Below are positions 8,870 to 18,281 of a DNA stretch of 64,000 nt, in pieces. The position numbers were made by a program, and so were the translations under genes. The stretch lies in sequence record NZ_CP017043.1; one strand, 5' to 3'. Position 1 is the first letter of the stretch; every line of letters starts with the position of its first letter. The notes under the pieces are model-generated. The model was not told the DNA's origin and made no database searches. It saw nothing but the letters and a program-made list of their open reading frames with translations. The DNA comes from a plasmid.

Positions 8870-11320
8870 TTACGGAGCAGCAACTTCTTCCGCCGGATCG
8901 GAGGATTTATCCTCAATGATGTTGCAGCGGATCAGCCAGCGACGGTTGAACTCTTCAACGCCGTGTTCGCGAACGATCTCCTTCGCATCATTGACGCCTT
9001 TGGTATTGACGGCAACGTAGGCCAGCGAAACGGGACAAGCATCCAAGGCCAGCTGGAAGAGGCGCGAGCCATAAGGCGACACATAGTAGTAGTCCATCTT
9101 CTTCGTTGCTGATGCGAGAATTTCAATCTGCCGACGGTTCAGCCCAAACAAGGCATAATTCTCGGCCGTTTTTTCTTCCAGAGCATCATTGTTGGGCAGA
9201 AATACGCGGCTGGGACAAGATTCGAGAACAGTGTGGAAAATGGGGCTGTTGACAATATCGGTGATGGATTGTGTCGCAAAGATAACGGAGGCATTTGCCT
9301 TACGGAGAACCTTGAGCCATTCGCGGATCTTCGCTGCAAACTGTTCGTTGTCAAAGAAGACCCAGCACTCATCCAAAACAATGATGGTCGGCTCCCCTTT
9401 CAGGCTTTGCTCGATCCGATGGAAAATATACATGAGCGTTGTTCCCACAATCTGCGGCGTGCTCATGAGTTTCTCCATTTCGAACGTCTGCCAGGAGCCG
9501 AGCTGGAGGCTGTCTACATCCGAATCGAAAATACGTCCATAGGGACCGCCGGAGCAGAGCGGCGCCAGGGCTTTTTTCAGTTCTTCGGACTGGATCGCAT
9601 TCACGAGGTTTGTCATGCGACGCAGACGCTTGTTCTCACCAACGTATGAAGTGGCGATGGCTTCCAGCGCATCCCAGATCAGCTGCTTGCGCTCCGGCGT
9701 GATTTCAAGATTCTCCTGCCGCACATAGTCACAAATCCATTCAAGCGCCCACTGACGCTCTTTATCATCATCAATCTTTGCCAACGGCTGGAAGGAAAGT
9801 GCCCCCGTTTCCTCATTTCCGAGATCGAAAAAAGTTCCTCCGACGCCCCGTGTGAGGACATAGCTCGATGCCCCCTTATCAAACACAAAGACACGGGCAT
9901 CTTTATATTTGCGGAACGAGGACTCTACCATATTCAAGAAGACTGATTTTCCCGCTCCAGTGGGACCGACTACGAGCGTATGCCCAACATCACCGACATG
10001 CAGCGTGAGCCGAAACGGCGTATTCCCAGAGGTCTGTGTATAAATAAGCGGCGGTCCCTGCAGGTGCTTATTGCGGGAGGCTCCTGCCCATATGGTAGAA
10101 AGCGGCATCATATGAATGAGATTGGCGCAAGATACCAAATGGCGTCGCACATTGCGGCCAACATTGCCGGGAAGAGAGCCCATCCAAGCATCTACACTGT
10201 TGAGATCTTCGACTTTCGCCTTAAAGCCGATGTTGTTGATTGTCTGAACAACGGCTTTTGCGCGCGTATCTGCTTCATCCGGCGAATCGCCTAAAACTAC
10301 AATGCTGGACGTGTAATAGCCGTAAGAGGTAATATCCGACTCGATCAACGTCTCTGCAGCCTTTGCTTGCTGATATTTTGTAACGGCCGTCTGGTTGAGG
10401 TTACTGTTATCCTCCTGGCCACTTGCGAATTCACGCATCATGTCTGTCAGACCCTTGAATTTGGCTTTCCATTCCTTCTTTTTCTTGCCGACTTCATTCA
10501 AGGCATCCAGTTTCCCAAGACAATAGTAGCGCGAGACCCACCGATACGAGAAATTTTGCAGATTCAGGTGATCGAATATCCCAAAGATGGTGTTATCCAT
10601 ATACCCGATGATCGTGATAACGCGCATATGTTTACTGCCCAGACGGGGTTCCAATCCGCCGGAAAGCGAAGAATCGCAAAGGAACTGATCCAGCAGCATC
10701 GGATGTTTCGGAAGCTTTAGTTTGCGCCGTTTCATGGATATTGTAGAGTAGAGATATGTGACCATCTCGTCTGCAGATAGAATTTCACAGGGAATTTGAC
10801 ATGCGAAAAACATATTATATACATCATTCACGACCGTGCGAAAGGCAACGAGATAGTCATCTTCCGTCAGCCCCTTCTGCTTCTTTCCCTCTACAACAAA
10901 GGAGCGCAGTCGCCCCTCATGGTCATTCGGAGGCATCCAGTAGAGCGTGGCGTAATAATCCGACTCAAAATGAGAATCCCCGCCGCTGAAAAACTCTTTG
11001 CGTTCATCGTCCATGATCTTGGTAATCGGATCGGGGAAATAGGAATCTGTCGGATAATCCGTCGAAGGAACGCGCTGAGACTCAAAAAACATAACCCAGC
11101 CCGTATCCATGGACGTGAAAGCAGAATTCAGCTTTTGCGTAATGACGGAAAGCTGCTCCTTGATGGCCGAATCCAAATCCGGTCCCCGATAGCTGAATGT
11201 CGTCTGCATGGAGCCGTCTTTATTCAGCACAATGGTCGGTGATCCTGGAATAATGCGTGCCCACGGCAACGTATATTTCAGAGGCTCACTTTTTACCAAG
11301 AAACGATCCAAACGATACAT
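8870..11320 (-). CDS. virB4: Type IV secretion ATPase VirB4/TrbE family (816 aa)
   Basis: Walker A GPTGAGKSVFLN, Walker B region IIVLDECW, and a VirB4-type N-domain (LPW...VLNKDGSM). Size and architecture fit VirB4/TrbE. Confidence 0.85.
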   Translation of the reverse strand: MYRLDRFLVKSEPLKYTLPWARIIPGSPTIVLNKDGSMQTTFSYRGPDLDSAIKEQLSVITQKLNSAFTSMDTGWVMFFESQRVPSTDYPTDSYFPDPITKIMDDERKEFFSGGDSHFESDYYATLYWMPPNDHEGRLRSFVVEGKKQKGLTEDDYLVAFRTVVNDVYNMFFACQIPCEILSADEMVTYLYSTISMKRRKLKLPKHPMLLDQFLCDSSLSGGLEPRLGSKHMRVITIIGYMDNTIFGIFDHLNLQNFSYRWVSRYYCLGKLDALNEVGKKKKEWKAKFKGLTDMMREFASGQEDNSNLNQTAVTKYQQAKAAETLIESDITSYGYYTSSIVVLGDSPDEADTRAKAVVQTINNIGFKAKVEDLNSVDAWMGSLPGNVGRNVRRHLVSCANLIHMMPLSTIWAGASRNKHLQGPPLIYTQTSGNTPFRLTLHVGDVGHTLVVGPTGAGKSVFLNMVESSFRKYKDARVFVFDKGASSYVLTRGVGGTFFDLGNEETGALSFQPLAKIDDDKERQWALEWICDYVRQENLEITPERKQLIWDALEAIATSYVGENKRLRRMTNLVNAIQSEELKKALAPLCSGGPYGRIFDSDVDSLQLGSWQTFEMEKLMSTPQIVGTTLMYIFHRIEQSLKGEPTIIVLDECWVFFDNEQFAAKIREWLKVLRKANASVIFATQSITDIVNSPIFHTVLESCPSRVFLPNNDALEEKTAENYALFGLNRRQIEILASATKKMDYYYVSPYGSRLFQLALDACPVSLAYVAVNTKGVNDAKEIVREHGVEEFNRRWLIRCNIIEDKSSDPAEEVAAP

Positions 11321-12421
11321 TTACACCTCTCCTCCTTCATGGCCGCGATCTTCAATATACTCGTTCACGTCGACACTTACTTCAACCAAACTGTTCTGCG
11401 CTTTCTCCAAGATGTCCTCCGTCTCTTTCTTGACTTCGATATGTGCATGAAGGAACTCGGAAAGGTCTTGAAAGCCAATGACCGTAGGATCTGCGTTTGC
11501 GAGATAAAGCCCAGGGAGGCTTCCCCAAAACACCTTTTTCAGATTGAATTCCTCAACGATATAGGGAACGCATTCCCGATCCAGCATATCCGTGAAAAAA
11601 GCACGGAACGGCTCGTCATTTGCTTGATCCAGGTGAAAGAGAAAGGTATCCGTATAATAGCCGTTATACACACTGATGATGTCTTCTGTGGCCATACGCC
11701 GCAGAACCGATCGTGTTGGAAACCATCGCCCCGTATACCGCAGAAAATCTCTCTTGGCCTCTTTTTCATTGAACAGAAGGAGTCTGCGCGTATGACGATA
11801 GGTCATATGCTCCAATCGGCTGTAAATCTCATCCAGCTCATACGGAATCAGCATGGAGACGGCACATACCCGCTTGCCGTTGATGAAAATGTCGTTGCCG
11901 CCAAACTCAAAGTCTATGTCCTGCGAGAGCAGCGCGTCCATGTAGAGCGGGCAATCGGGAAGCTCTTGACGATCTTCTCCCATGGAGAGCGAAAATGAGA
12001 GAACATCCATGATCTCCTGATATTCCAAAACCCTTGCCGCTGTTATCTTCTGGAACTCCTCTAAAAAGGCCTGAACCTCTTTTTCAAAGTAATCTACGGT
12101 TTCATGGATTGAGACGCCTGGGTGCAGCGCATTTTCGACGGAGGTCTTTCCGGCCGCATAGAACGGATTCCAGCCGATGATCAGATAATCCTGCGCTGGG
12201 ACGTCTGCGACGTGCTGATGCTCATTCCAAATGACCCAGCCGCGCCGAAACGCCCAAGGCGGGAGTGTTGTCGAAAGATCTGTTGTATATGGGGTGTAGG
12301 TGATGATGCTGAACATAGAGCCATTTTTTTGTTTCATAACGGACGGGCGAACGATCCCACCCCACGGGATCCATTCTTCGATTGCAGTAGACTGCAATCC
12401 AAATTCATTCAGTGATGCCAT
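11321..12421 (-). CDS. VirB4 N-terminal-domain-like protein without ATPase domain (366 aa)
   Basis: Shares the N-domain signature of the downstream VirB4 (EEWIPWGGIVRPSVMKQKNGSMFSIITY versus YTLPWARIIPGSPTIVLNKDGSMQTTFSY). No P-loop is present. SD AGGAG upstream. Confidence 0.5.
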   Translation of the reverse strand: MASLNEFGLQSTAIEEWIPWGGIVRPSVMKQKNGSMFSIITYTPYTTDLSTTLPPWAFRRGWVIWNEHQHVADVPAQDYLIIGWNPFYAAGKTSVENALHPGVSIHETVDYFEKEVQAFLEEFQKITAARVLEYQEIMDVLSFSLSMGEDRQELPDCPLYMDALLSQDIDFEFGGNDIFINGKRVCAVSMLIPYELDEIYSRLEHMTYRHTRRLLLFNEKEAKRDFLRYTGRWFPTRSVLRRMATEDIISVYNGYYTDTFLFHLDQANDEPFRAFFTDMLDRECVPYIVEEFNLKKVFWGSLPGLYLANADPTVIGFQDLSEFLHAHIEVKKETEDILEKAQNSLVEVSVDVNEYIEDRGHEGGEV

Positions 12422-12506
12422 ATTTTACGTTGCCGCGCAGATGTGAATTTTACGCGGCGTTCTCCTTTCTCCCTTGTTAATCTGAGTATAAAGCAAAAAA
12501 ATGCGC

Positions 12507-12524
12507 GGGATTCCTGTCTTTTTT
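12507..12524 (-). promoter_or_regulatory. Conserved upstream motif instance (VirB4-N/VirB4 operon), preceded by terminator hairpin 12553-12577
   Basis: ggaTTCCTGTCTTTTTTCA. On the minus strand it sits ~22 nt upstream of TATACT. Confidence 0.45.
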
Positions 12525-12584
12525 CAAGAACAGGTCAACAAAAAACGGAAACGGGAATCGCCCGCTTCCGCCAAATGCAGCCCA

Positions 12585-12857
12585 TCAGGTGTTATAATAT
12601 CGTTTCTTGTTCATGTATGACTTAATACAGTCAAAAAATTGAACGTCGCCTTTGCAGACATAGATCGCCAAAAAATGCAAAAGGAACGTGAAAATCAGGA
12701 TGTAAAAGAACCCAAAGTTCATAATCAGGAACACGGCGAACATTGCATTCCAGATCAGTACGGGCTTAGGCACTCCGGCGAGCAAAGCTGGCTCCATCAG
12801 TCCTCTGAAGAAGTCAACATTATACCAGGAGCGAAGCTCTTCCTCTTTATCTGCCAT
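12585..12857 (-). CDS. VirB3/TrbD-like small inner-membrane T4SS protein (90 aa)
   Basis: Size and hydrophobic hairpin (FAVFLIMNFGFFYILIFTFLLHFLAIYV) match VirB3/TrbD. Position between pilin and VirB4 matches the VirB2-B3-B4 order. Confidence 0.45.
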   Translation of the reverse strand: MADKEEELRSWYNVDFFRGLMEPALLAGVPKPVLIWNAMFAVFLIMNFGFFYILIFTFLLHFLAIYVCKGDVQFFDCIKSYMNKKRYYNT

Positions 12858-12873
12858 AAGAAATCAGCTCGTT

Positions 12874-13230
12874 TCAAAAGAGGAACGCAGAACCGAGCTT
12901 CGAGACCACAGTTGCGCCGCCGAGCGCAAGGCCGACACCGCCAACGCCCTGGATGCCGCGCTTGGCGATCTGATTCTCGAAGTTCATCGTGACCGAAAGC
13001 CCCAAAAGGCCGGCTCCTGCTGTGCCGATCGCCGTTGCAATGGGACCGGTGATCGTTTTCTGGAGCTTTTCGAGCGGGTTTGTCACGACCGCAAAGGTTT
13101 CATCTGCGGATGAAGCAAGGGACACTTCGTTGGTAATCAGGACAGCGCCCATCATGCCGAGCTGGAGCATCAGGAGCTTATTCTCTTTCGCAAACTTCCC
13201 GGCAGCCTTGATCTTTTTCTTGAAATCCAT
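12874..13230 (-). CDS. TrbC/VirB2-like T4SS pilin precursor (118 aa)
   Basis: Charged N-terminal leader, two hydrophobic segments, and a Gly-rich C-terminus (GVGGVGLALGGATVVSKLG), as in TrbC/VirB2 pilins. A TraF-like S26 peptidase is also present in the element. Confidence 0.5.
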   Translation of the reverse strand: MDFKKKIKAAGKFAKENKLLMLQLGMMGAVLITNEVSLASSADETFAVVTNPLEKLQKTITGPIATAIGTAGAGLLGLSVTMNFENQIAKRGIQGVGGVGLALGGATVVSKLGSAFLF

Positions 13231-13297
13231 AATAAATCATACCTCCTTGACGATATTCCCTACAAACACTTCTATCTTACTTCAAAAAAAGTGCCCG

Positions 13298-13317
13298 AAT
13301 TTCCTATGTTTTTTCAT
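13298..13317 (-). promoter_or_regulatory. Conserved upstream motif instance (pilin gene)
   Basis: gaatTTCCTATGTTTTTTCA. Confidence 0.4.
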
Positions 13318-13333
13318 TCGCAGACTTTTTTCC

Positions 13334-14293
13334 TCAAGTTACTTCATGATAAATGTACTTTTTCGAGGCCGGATCCCAGCGCTCAAGTTCGAGTATTTCC
13401 TGCACTTTTCGCGTCTTCCCAATGTATTTGAGATAGACGATATAGTGTACCGCCTGGGCGATCGTTGCCTGCTGCGGGTTCCGAGAGACACGCGCCGTCA
13501 TGTTCTCAAGGCGAAGAAGCGTATCCACGGCAGAATTGCTGTGAACCGTTGAGCAGCCTCCCCCATGCCCCGTAGACCAGGCATCGAGGAGCGCCAACGC
13601 TTCACCAGAACGAACTTCTCCAACCACAATGCGATCCGGCGTCATACGCAGCACCTGCTTGAGGCAATCCTCCATGGAAAATGTTGGTGTTGCACGCATC
13701 TGCACGCAGTCAACGGCGCTGCATTGCAGCTCTGGGGTATCCTCAATCAGGATGACACGATCATCCAGCTTGGAGATCTCGGCCAAGATGGCATTGAGAA
13801 ATGTTGTCTTGCCGGATTTTGTTCCCCCGGCCGCAATGATATTCTTCTTGTGATGGATAGCGTCGATCAGGAAATCATATTGTTTTTCCGTCAGCGTCCC
13901 CTGTTCAACATAGTTCTCCAGCGAAAATATGGTCTCAGGGTGCTTCCGAATATTGAGGGTTGGTGCAGAAACGATATTGGGAAGATTCCCTTCAAAGCGG
14001 CATTTGGGGAAAAACGAGTTGGACGGAATGTCCGCATCAAGGGCAGGACGCTCCGATACGACCAGCTGCCCTGTCAGCGCAGCCACATTGAGAATGATCC
14101 CGCGCGTATCTTCCGGGGAAATATTTTTCCCCGTATAAGCTCTCCCCTTGCCAAGACTGTCCGTCCAGATCTTGCCGTCCGGATTCACATATACCTCGAA
14201 GACGTTTTTATCCTGCATAAACGGCATGATCGCTTTCATCGAGGTAATGAGCGCATCCATTGTGATGTTATACCGCTCACTATTGCTGTTCAT
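13334..14293 (-). CDS. virB11: VirB11/TrbB-family secretion ATPase (319 aa)
   Basis: Walker A AAGGTKSGKTTFLNA, an IEDTPEL box, and a His-box region (STGHGG). Confidence 0.8.
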   Translation of the reverse strand: MNSNSERYNITMDALITSMKAIMPFMQDKNVFEVYVNPDGKIWTDSLGKGRAYTGKNISPEDTRGIILNVAALTGQLVVSERPALDADIPSNSFFPKCRFEGNLPNIVSAPTLNIRKHPETIFSLENYVEQGTLTEKQYDFLIDAIHHKKNIIAAGGTKSGKTTFLNAILAEISKLDDRVILIEDTPELQCSAVDCVQMRATPTFSMEDCLKQVLRMTPDRIVVGEVRSGEALALLDAWSTGHGGGCSTVHSNSAVDTLLRLENMTARVSRNPQQATIAQAVHYIVYLKYIGKTRKVQEILELERWDPASKKYIYHEVT

Positions 14294-17193
14294 TCTTCGT
14301 TACGCTCCTTGTTCATTGTCCCTAAAAAGGCATCCAAGCCTAACAGTGGGCTGCTGCCGTTGGTCGTATCCCCCGCTTCTTCGGTGTCTGCATCGAAAAG
14401 ATCAAGATCATCGTCCATATCCAGCTCCTCCGGCGCAGCCTCGTCAAAGTCCTCCTGATCGCCAAAAAGGAAATTGGAAAGCTGTATGTCGCTGTTCTCC
14501 CCTTCTGAGGCCGCAGCTTCCTCTGCGTCCGCATTGACGGCAAGAATGGAGGCATCCAGATCAATGAGATCTGATACGGCATCTGCGGGAGACGGCGTTT
14601 CTTCATGCACCTGCAGGATGTTCATACGCCTTTTTGCCTTGCTCTCCATCTCTTCCTGGATGGCCGATTGATGAGTGTCTTCAACCGCTGCCTGATACCG
14701 ACGATTTTCGGGGTCTACCTCTTGCGGACTTTCTGTCCGTGTCCGATGATCGGCGGCTGCTTCACTTTCGATATTTTCGGGCTGGCCGACAGGTTCTTCT
14801 TGCCCTGCTGCTGCAATCCCTGCGCTGGAGATCTCTTGCTCATTCAGCTCCTCCTCGGGGTGTTCCCCTGTAATGCGGAAAATCACATCCTTTTCGTATT
14901 GCGCCTTCTCCGCCTCGAGTTTTTGGACATAATCCTTATACGACATTCCGGCTTTGTTCGCCTGATCCTCAAGAACCCGCTTCCGATCATCCTCTTTCGC
15001 GGCCTGATCGGCTGCATGGACATCGAACAGCTCCTTGAAATTCGTGACGCGTGTCACGGTATCACTCACCGCCGGACATTTTATCTGTGTCCGTTTGATG
15101 AGGAACGGATACTCATAATAACGCAGCTTGTCTCCAAAGATGGCTTTATGCCCGGCCACAAAGACGAGTTCTTTCTCTGAACTCATCTGGGCGACTTCAT
15201 CCGGCGTCAAGAGTTCTCGGCCGGTCTGCGACGTAGAGTTTGAGCCCTTGAAAAAGCCGCCGCCCCCGTCGCTGTGCGAGATGGTCGATATTGTGCGTTT
15301 GCCAAGCGTCTTTGAAATTGCCTCGGCCGTTGCACCGCCGGAGTCGATATTAGGGGTAAAATAGATATGCACATGACAGTTTGAGCCGATGGAGTTGTCT
15401 TTGGTGTACTCCTTGTTGAGCTGGTTGACATCCTGGCAGACGATGCAGACTTTGATTCCATAGCCCGCACAGATGGCAAGCGCAAGCTCTATGCACTTCA
15501 TATTGCCTAACTGCGGAAACTCATCCAACATGAGCAGAAGGCGCTGCTTCTTTGGCGCGGGTTTATTGGGATCCGTGTCAAATTTCATGTCCCGTATGAG
15601 CTTCGAACAGATCATCTGGATGAAGAGACGTGCAATCGGCTTGACGGCCGCAATATCTTTGACCTCCATGCAGAGATACAGCGATACTTCCTGCTGCGGA
15701 TCGAGCAGGTCGCGAATCGCAAAATCCGATACGCTTGTGTTGTTTTGCACGACCGGATCCTGATAGATCGCCAAAGAGGTTTGTGCGGTCTGCATAATCG
15801 AGGCCGTAGTCTGCTGCGCACCATTCAGAATGTTGGCCGCGCATTCGGCCACCTTCGGATGGGACAACAGCAGATGATATGGCGCATTGGTTGGCAGCCC
15901 CGTCTGATCTACTGCCTCCCACTGGATTTTCTCCCCTTTTTTGATCTTCTGCTGCAGCGCAACGCGGATCTCATCAATGGATTTTACCTTGGTATCGAGT
16001 GCCTGGGCAAAGGGGCGAAAATCCTTGATATATTCCCCGTAGATTTCCTTGAGCGGATTCTTTTTGCGTTTCACAATCCCATTTTCATCAAGAATGGGCT
16101 TCCCGTCGGCGCCGATCTCTTCCACTTCCAGGAATTCATCCGGGCTGATATGCGGATAATCACGCATATCCGTAAAAAGCTCTTCCGTTGACTTATCCGG
16201 ACTGGAGAGAAATGACATAATGTCCGTCGGACACGGGAGCGGCCGCTCCTCTCTATCATGTTTATAAAGCAAGTGCAGGATAACGCCGTTCAGGAGAGCT
16301 GCAGCCGAGTTCGGCCAAAACTCATCGCCGCCCTTTGATTCTCCATCCGGGCGCACCATGACCGAAACGATAGACTGAACGTCCGATAACTCCTCGCTCG
16401 TACGATAATTGACCTCGGCCAGTGGGTTCCACCGTGCTGCGGATCCATCCGTGCAGAGCGGCTGAAACTTGAGTACCTTCTGCTTCAGGACGTTCTTCCG
16501 ATAGCCGCTGGTCAGGCTCCAGAGTTCGCCCTTCGGATCGAAAAAGAAGATACTGTGCTTCCAGATCAATCCCGTGGGGATGATCGTGCAGACGCCCTTA
16601 CCGCTGCGGGTCGGAGCCATGAGAAGCATATGCTCCACGCCGTCATGCAGCATGAGCTTATGGGTATATGGATTGATACCGACAACAACGCCGGAATCCT
16701 TGATGATCTTCTCCTTTTTGGTGTAAGGGATCAATCCAAGGAATCTCTTCTTTGTTTTCCTATACTCGTATACGCCCCCGTTTTTCGAGACGTAAGCGCC
16801 GAGATCCGATTTTTCGATGTCCTTGCTCGACGCAAAAGAAGCGCTGCCATGTGATGTCTGCACCAAAAACGCCTTTTTGAGGAAATACATGCAGACCATG
16901 GAGAGCAGCAAAACCAGCTGGGCAAATGACGAGTACGCATCGAGAATATCCGGAATTGCCTTACTGATATGCTCATCATATGACCACACCAGGTAATCAT
17001 ACGGAGGATAAATTTTACTGCCGCCGAGCTCTATATAACTTCCGAGCAAGGGATGATAGTCACACTCCTCTGCTACCGCCTGTGTCGCATACCATTGCGT
17101 TATCAGCATCAAAACAGCGAAAATGAGCACCGTATAAAGAAACGCCTTCTTTTGTGCTGTACGATGAATCTCTTCATCTATCATCTCAATCAC
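14290..17193 (-). CDS. virD4: Type IV coupling protein VirD4/TraG family (967 aa) with acidic C-terminal tail
   Basis: N-terminal TM helices. Motifs MAPTRSGKGVCTIIPTGL, FFFDPKGELW, RWNPL and LLLMLDEFPQLG. The long D/E-rich C-terminal extension is typical of T4CPs. Confidence 0.85.
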   Translation of the reverse strand: MIEMIDEEIHRTAQKKAFLYTVLIFAVLMLITQWYATQAVAEECDYHPLLGSYIELGGSKIYPPYDYLVWSYDEHISKAIPDILDAYSSFAQLVLLLSMVCMYFLKKAFLVQTSHGSASFASSKDIEKSDLGAYVSKNGGVYEYRKTKKRFLGLIPYTKKEKIIKDSGVVVGINPYTHKLMLHDGVEHMLLMAPTRSGKGVCTIIPTGLIWKHSIFFFDPKGELWSLTSGYRKNVLKQKVLKFQPLCTDGSAARWNPLAEVNYRTSEELSDVQSIVSVMVRPDGESKGGDEFWPNSAAALLNGVILHLLYKHDREERPLPCPTDIMSFLSSPDKSTEELFTDMRDYPHISPDEFLEVEEIGADGKPILDENGIVKRKKNPLKEIYGEYIKDFRPFAQALDTKVKSIDEIRVALQQKIKKGEKIQWEAVDQTGLPTNAPYHLLLSHPKVAECAANILNGAQQTTASIMQTAQTSLAIYQDPVVQNNTSVSDFAIRDLLDPQQEVSLYLCMEVKDIAAVKPIARLFIQMICSKLIRDMKFDTDPNKPAPKKQRLLLMLDEFPQLGNMKCIELALAICAGYGIKVCIVCQDVNQLNKEYTKDNSIGSNCHVHIYFTPNIDSGGATAEAISKTLGKRTISTISHSDGGGGFFKGSNSTSQTGRELLTPDEVAQMSSEKELVFVAGHKAIFGDKLRYYEYPFLIKRTQIKCPAVSDTVTRVTNFKELFDVHAADQAAKEDDRKRVLEDQANKAGMSYKDYVQKLEAEKAQYEKDVIFRITGEHPEEELNEQEISSAGIAAAGQEEPVGQPENIESEAAADHRTRTESPQEVDPENRRYQAAVEDTHQSAIQEEMESKAKRRMNILQVHEETPSPADAVSDLIDLDASILAVNADAEEAAASEGENSDIQLSNFLFGDQEDFDEAAPEELDMDDDLDLFDADTEEAGDTTNGSSPLLGLDAFLGTMNKERNEE

Positions 17194-17230
17194 CTTCCCT
17201 TGTATGCCATTATATCCATAAAAAACTGCG

Positions 17231-17247
17231 GTTTTTCTTGTCTTTTA
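17231..17247 (-). promoter_or_regulatory. Conserved upstream motif instance (virD4 operon)
   Basis: tttTTCTTGTCTTTTATCT. The minus-strand sequence has TATAAT 22 nt downstream. Confidence 0.45.
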
Positions 17248-17454
17248 TCTACCTGACGTAATTTCTTTTTTTGCCATCATCAGCCTACCACCTGCGACTC
17301 CAAAAGCAAGTGTAAAGCCTCCGGCCGCTTTGCGCACTTGCTTTTCTCGTCTCCGGCGGTATTCGATGGCTGTCAAAAAAAGACAATGCAGGGGAGTACG
17401 GCTCACAAGAGCAGTAAGATTCCTCACGGTCAGGTATCAAATGGAGGTAATGAA

Positions 17455-17718
17455 ATGAAATTCACAGAAGCAGACAAAGCCTATCTCATCCGGATCGGCA
17501 ACGGAGAACAGCACTTGCCGCAAATCGAGGAAGCGACACAGGTGGTACGGCTCACCAAGAACGGCCGTAAAATCTCATCCAAACGTGCTATCGAGGAGAT
17601 CGGTCGCAACGAGTTCTTGAGCGCAATGTCTCGCTGCGCATACCATCAAACCGCATCGAGGAGAACTCCTACAGAAGAAACCATTGAGTTTGTGGTTCCG
17701 GACAGCTTTTGGAAGTAA
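17455..17718 (+). CDS. Small hypothetical protein (87 aa) on opposite strand within the T4SS block
   Basis: ATG with a strong SD (aaatGGAGGtaatgaaATG). The product MKFTEADKAYLIRIGNGEQHLPQIEE... is soluble and charged. Confidence 0.4.
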   Translation: MKFTEADKAYLIRIGNGEQHLPQIEEATQVVRLTKNGRKISSKRAIEEIGRNEFLSAMSRCAYHQTASRRTPTEETIEFVVPDSFWK

Positions 17719-17777
17719 AATACGTCCAATCTCATAAAAATAGCCCCTTGTCTCAATGGATAAGGGGCTGATTCCTG

Positions 17778-18281
17778 TCAAGGAGCCACAGGTGCTTGTA
17801 TTTTCTTCAAGATATTCTCTCGTACCGAAGTCGATAGAAATGACCATCGACCGCTCTGGTCAACTTCAAGCAGATACGCAGCCGGATCGTAATGAATCAT
17901 GCTCATCACATCTTCCGGCTCCTGCGTGCCTTCTGGAGGCACAACGGAGACTACAACGCCGCCGGAGGTCGAACTGACCAGATAGTGCATGTGCTCCGTA
18001 TCATCGAAATACACCTGATAGATGAAATATTTGTCACTCGGCAGCACAGCATTTTCGGCGACGCCTATGACCGGCATATGACGCAGTTCTTCCGTTTGAC
18101 GATCCAGGACGAAATCAAACACGACGCCGCCGATCAGTGCCATTCCCGCGAATCCGATCAGAATACACATGATGATTCTGTGCCACATTGCTGGATTCCC
18201 AGCCTTTAATCCGCCGGTGACGGCCTCATATGTTTCCGAGAGCTTCTTCCCCTTTTTTTCGTCCATCATCGTCTTCCTCAA
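17778..18281 (-). CDS. Membrane-anchored hypothetical protein (167 aa)
   Basis: Single TM (IIMCILIGFAGMALIGGVVF) followed by a periplasmic domain. Translationally coupled to virB10 upstream (ATGA overlap at 18278-18281). Confidence 0.4.
   Translation of the reverse strand: MRKTMMDEKKGKKLSETYEAVTGGLKAGNPAMWHRIIMCILIGFAGMALIGGVVFDFVLDRQTEELRHMPVIGVAENAVLPSDKYFIYQVYFDDTEHMHYLVSSTSGGVVVSVVPPEGTQEPEDVMSMIHYDPAAYLLEVDQSGRWSFLSTSVRENILKKIQAPVAP

Noticed and set aside
13565-14458. 297-aa plus-strand ORF, and similar antisense ORFs opposite virB4, virD4, virB10, the relaxase and others (e.g. 19443..20375, 53148..54239, 57971..59341)
   Set aside because: They lie opposite strongly supported genes, have low-complexity composition, and lack an RBS.
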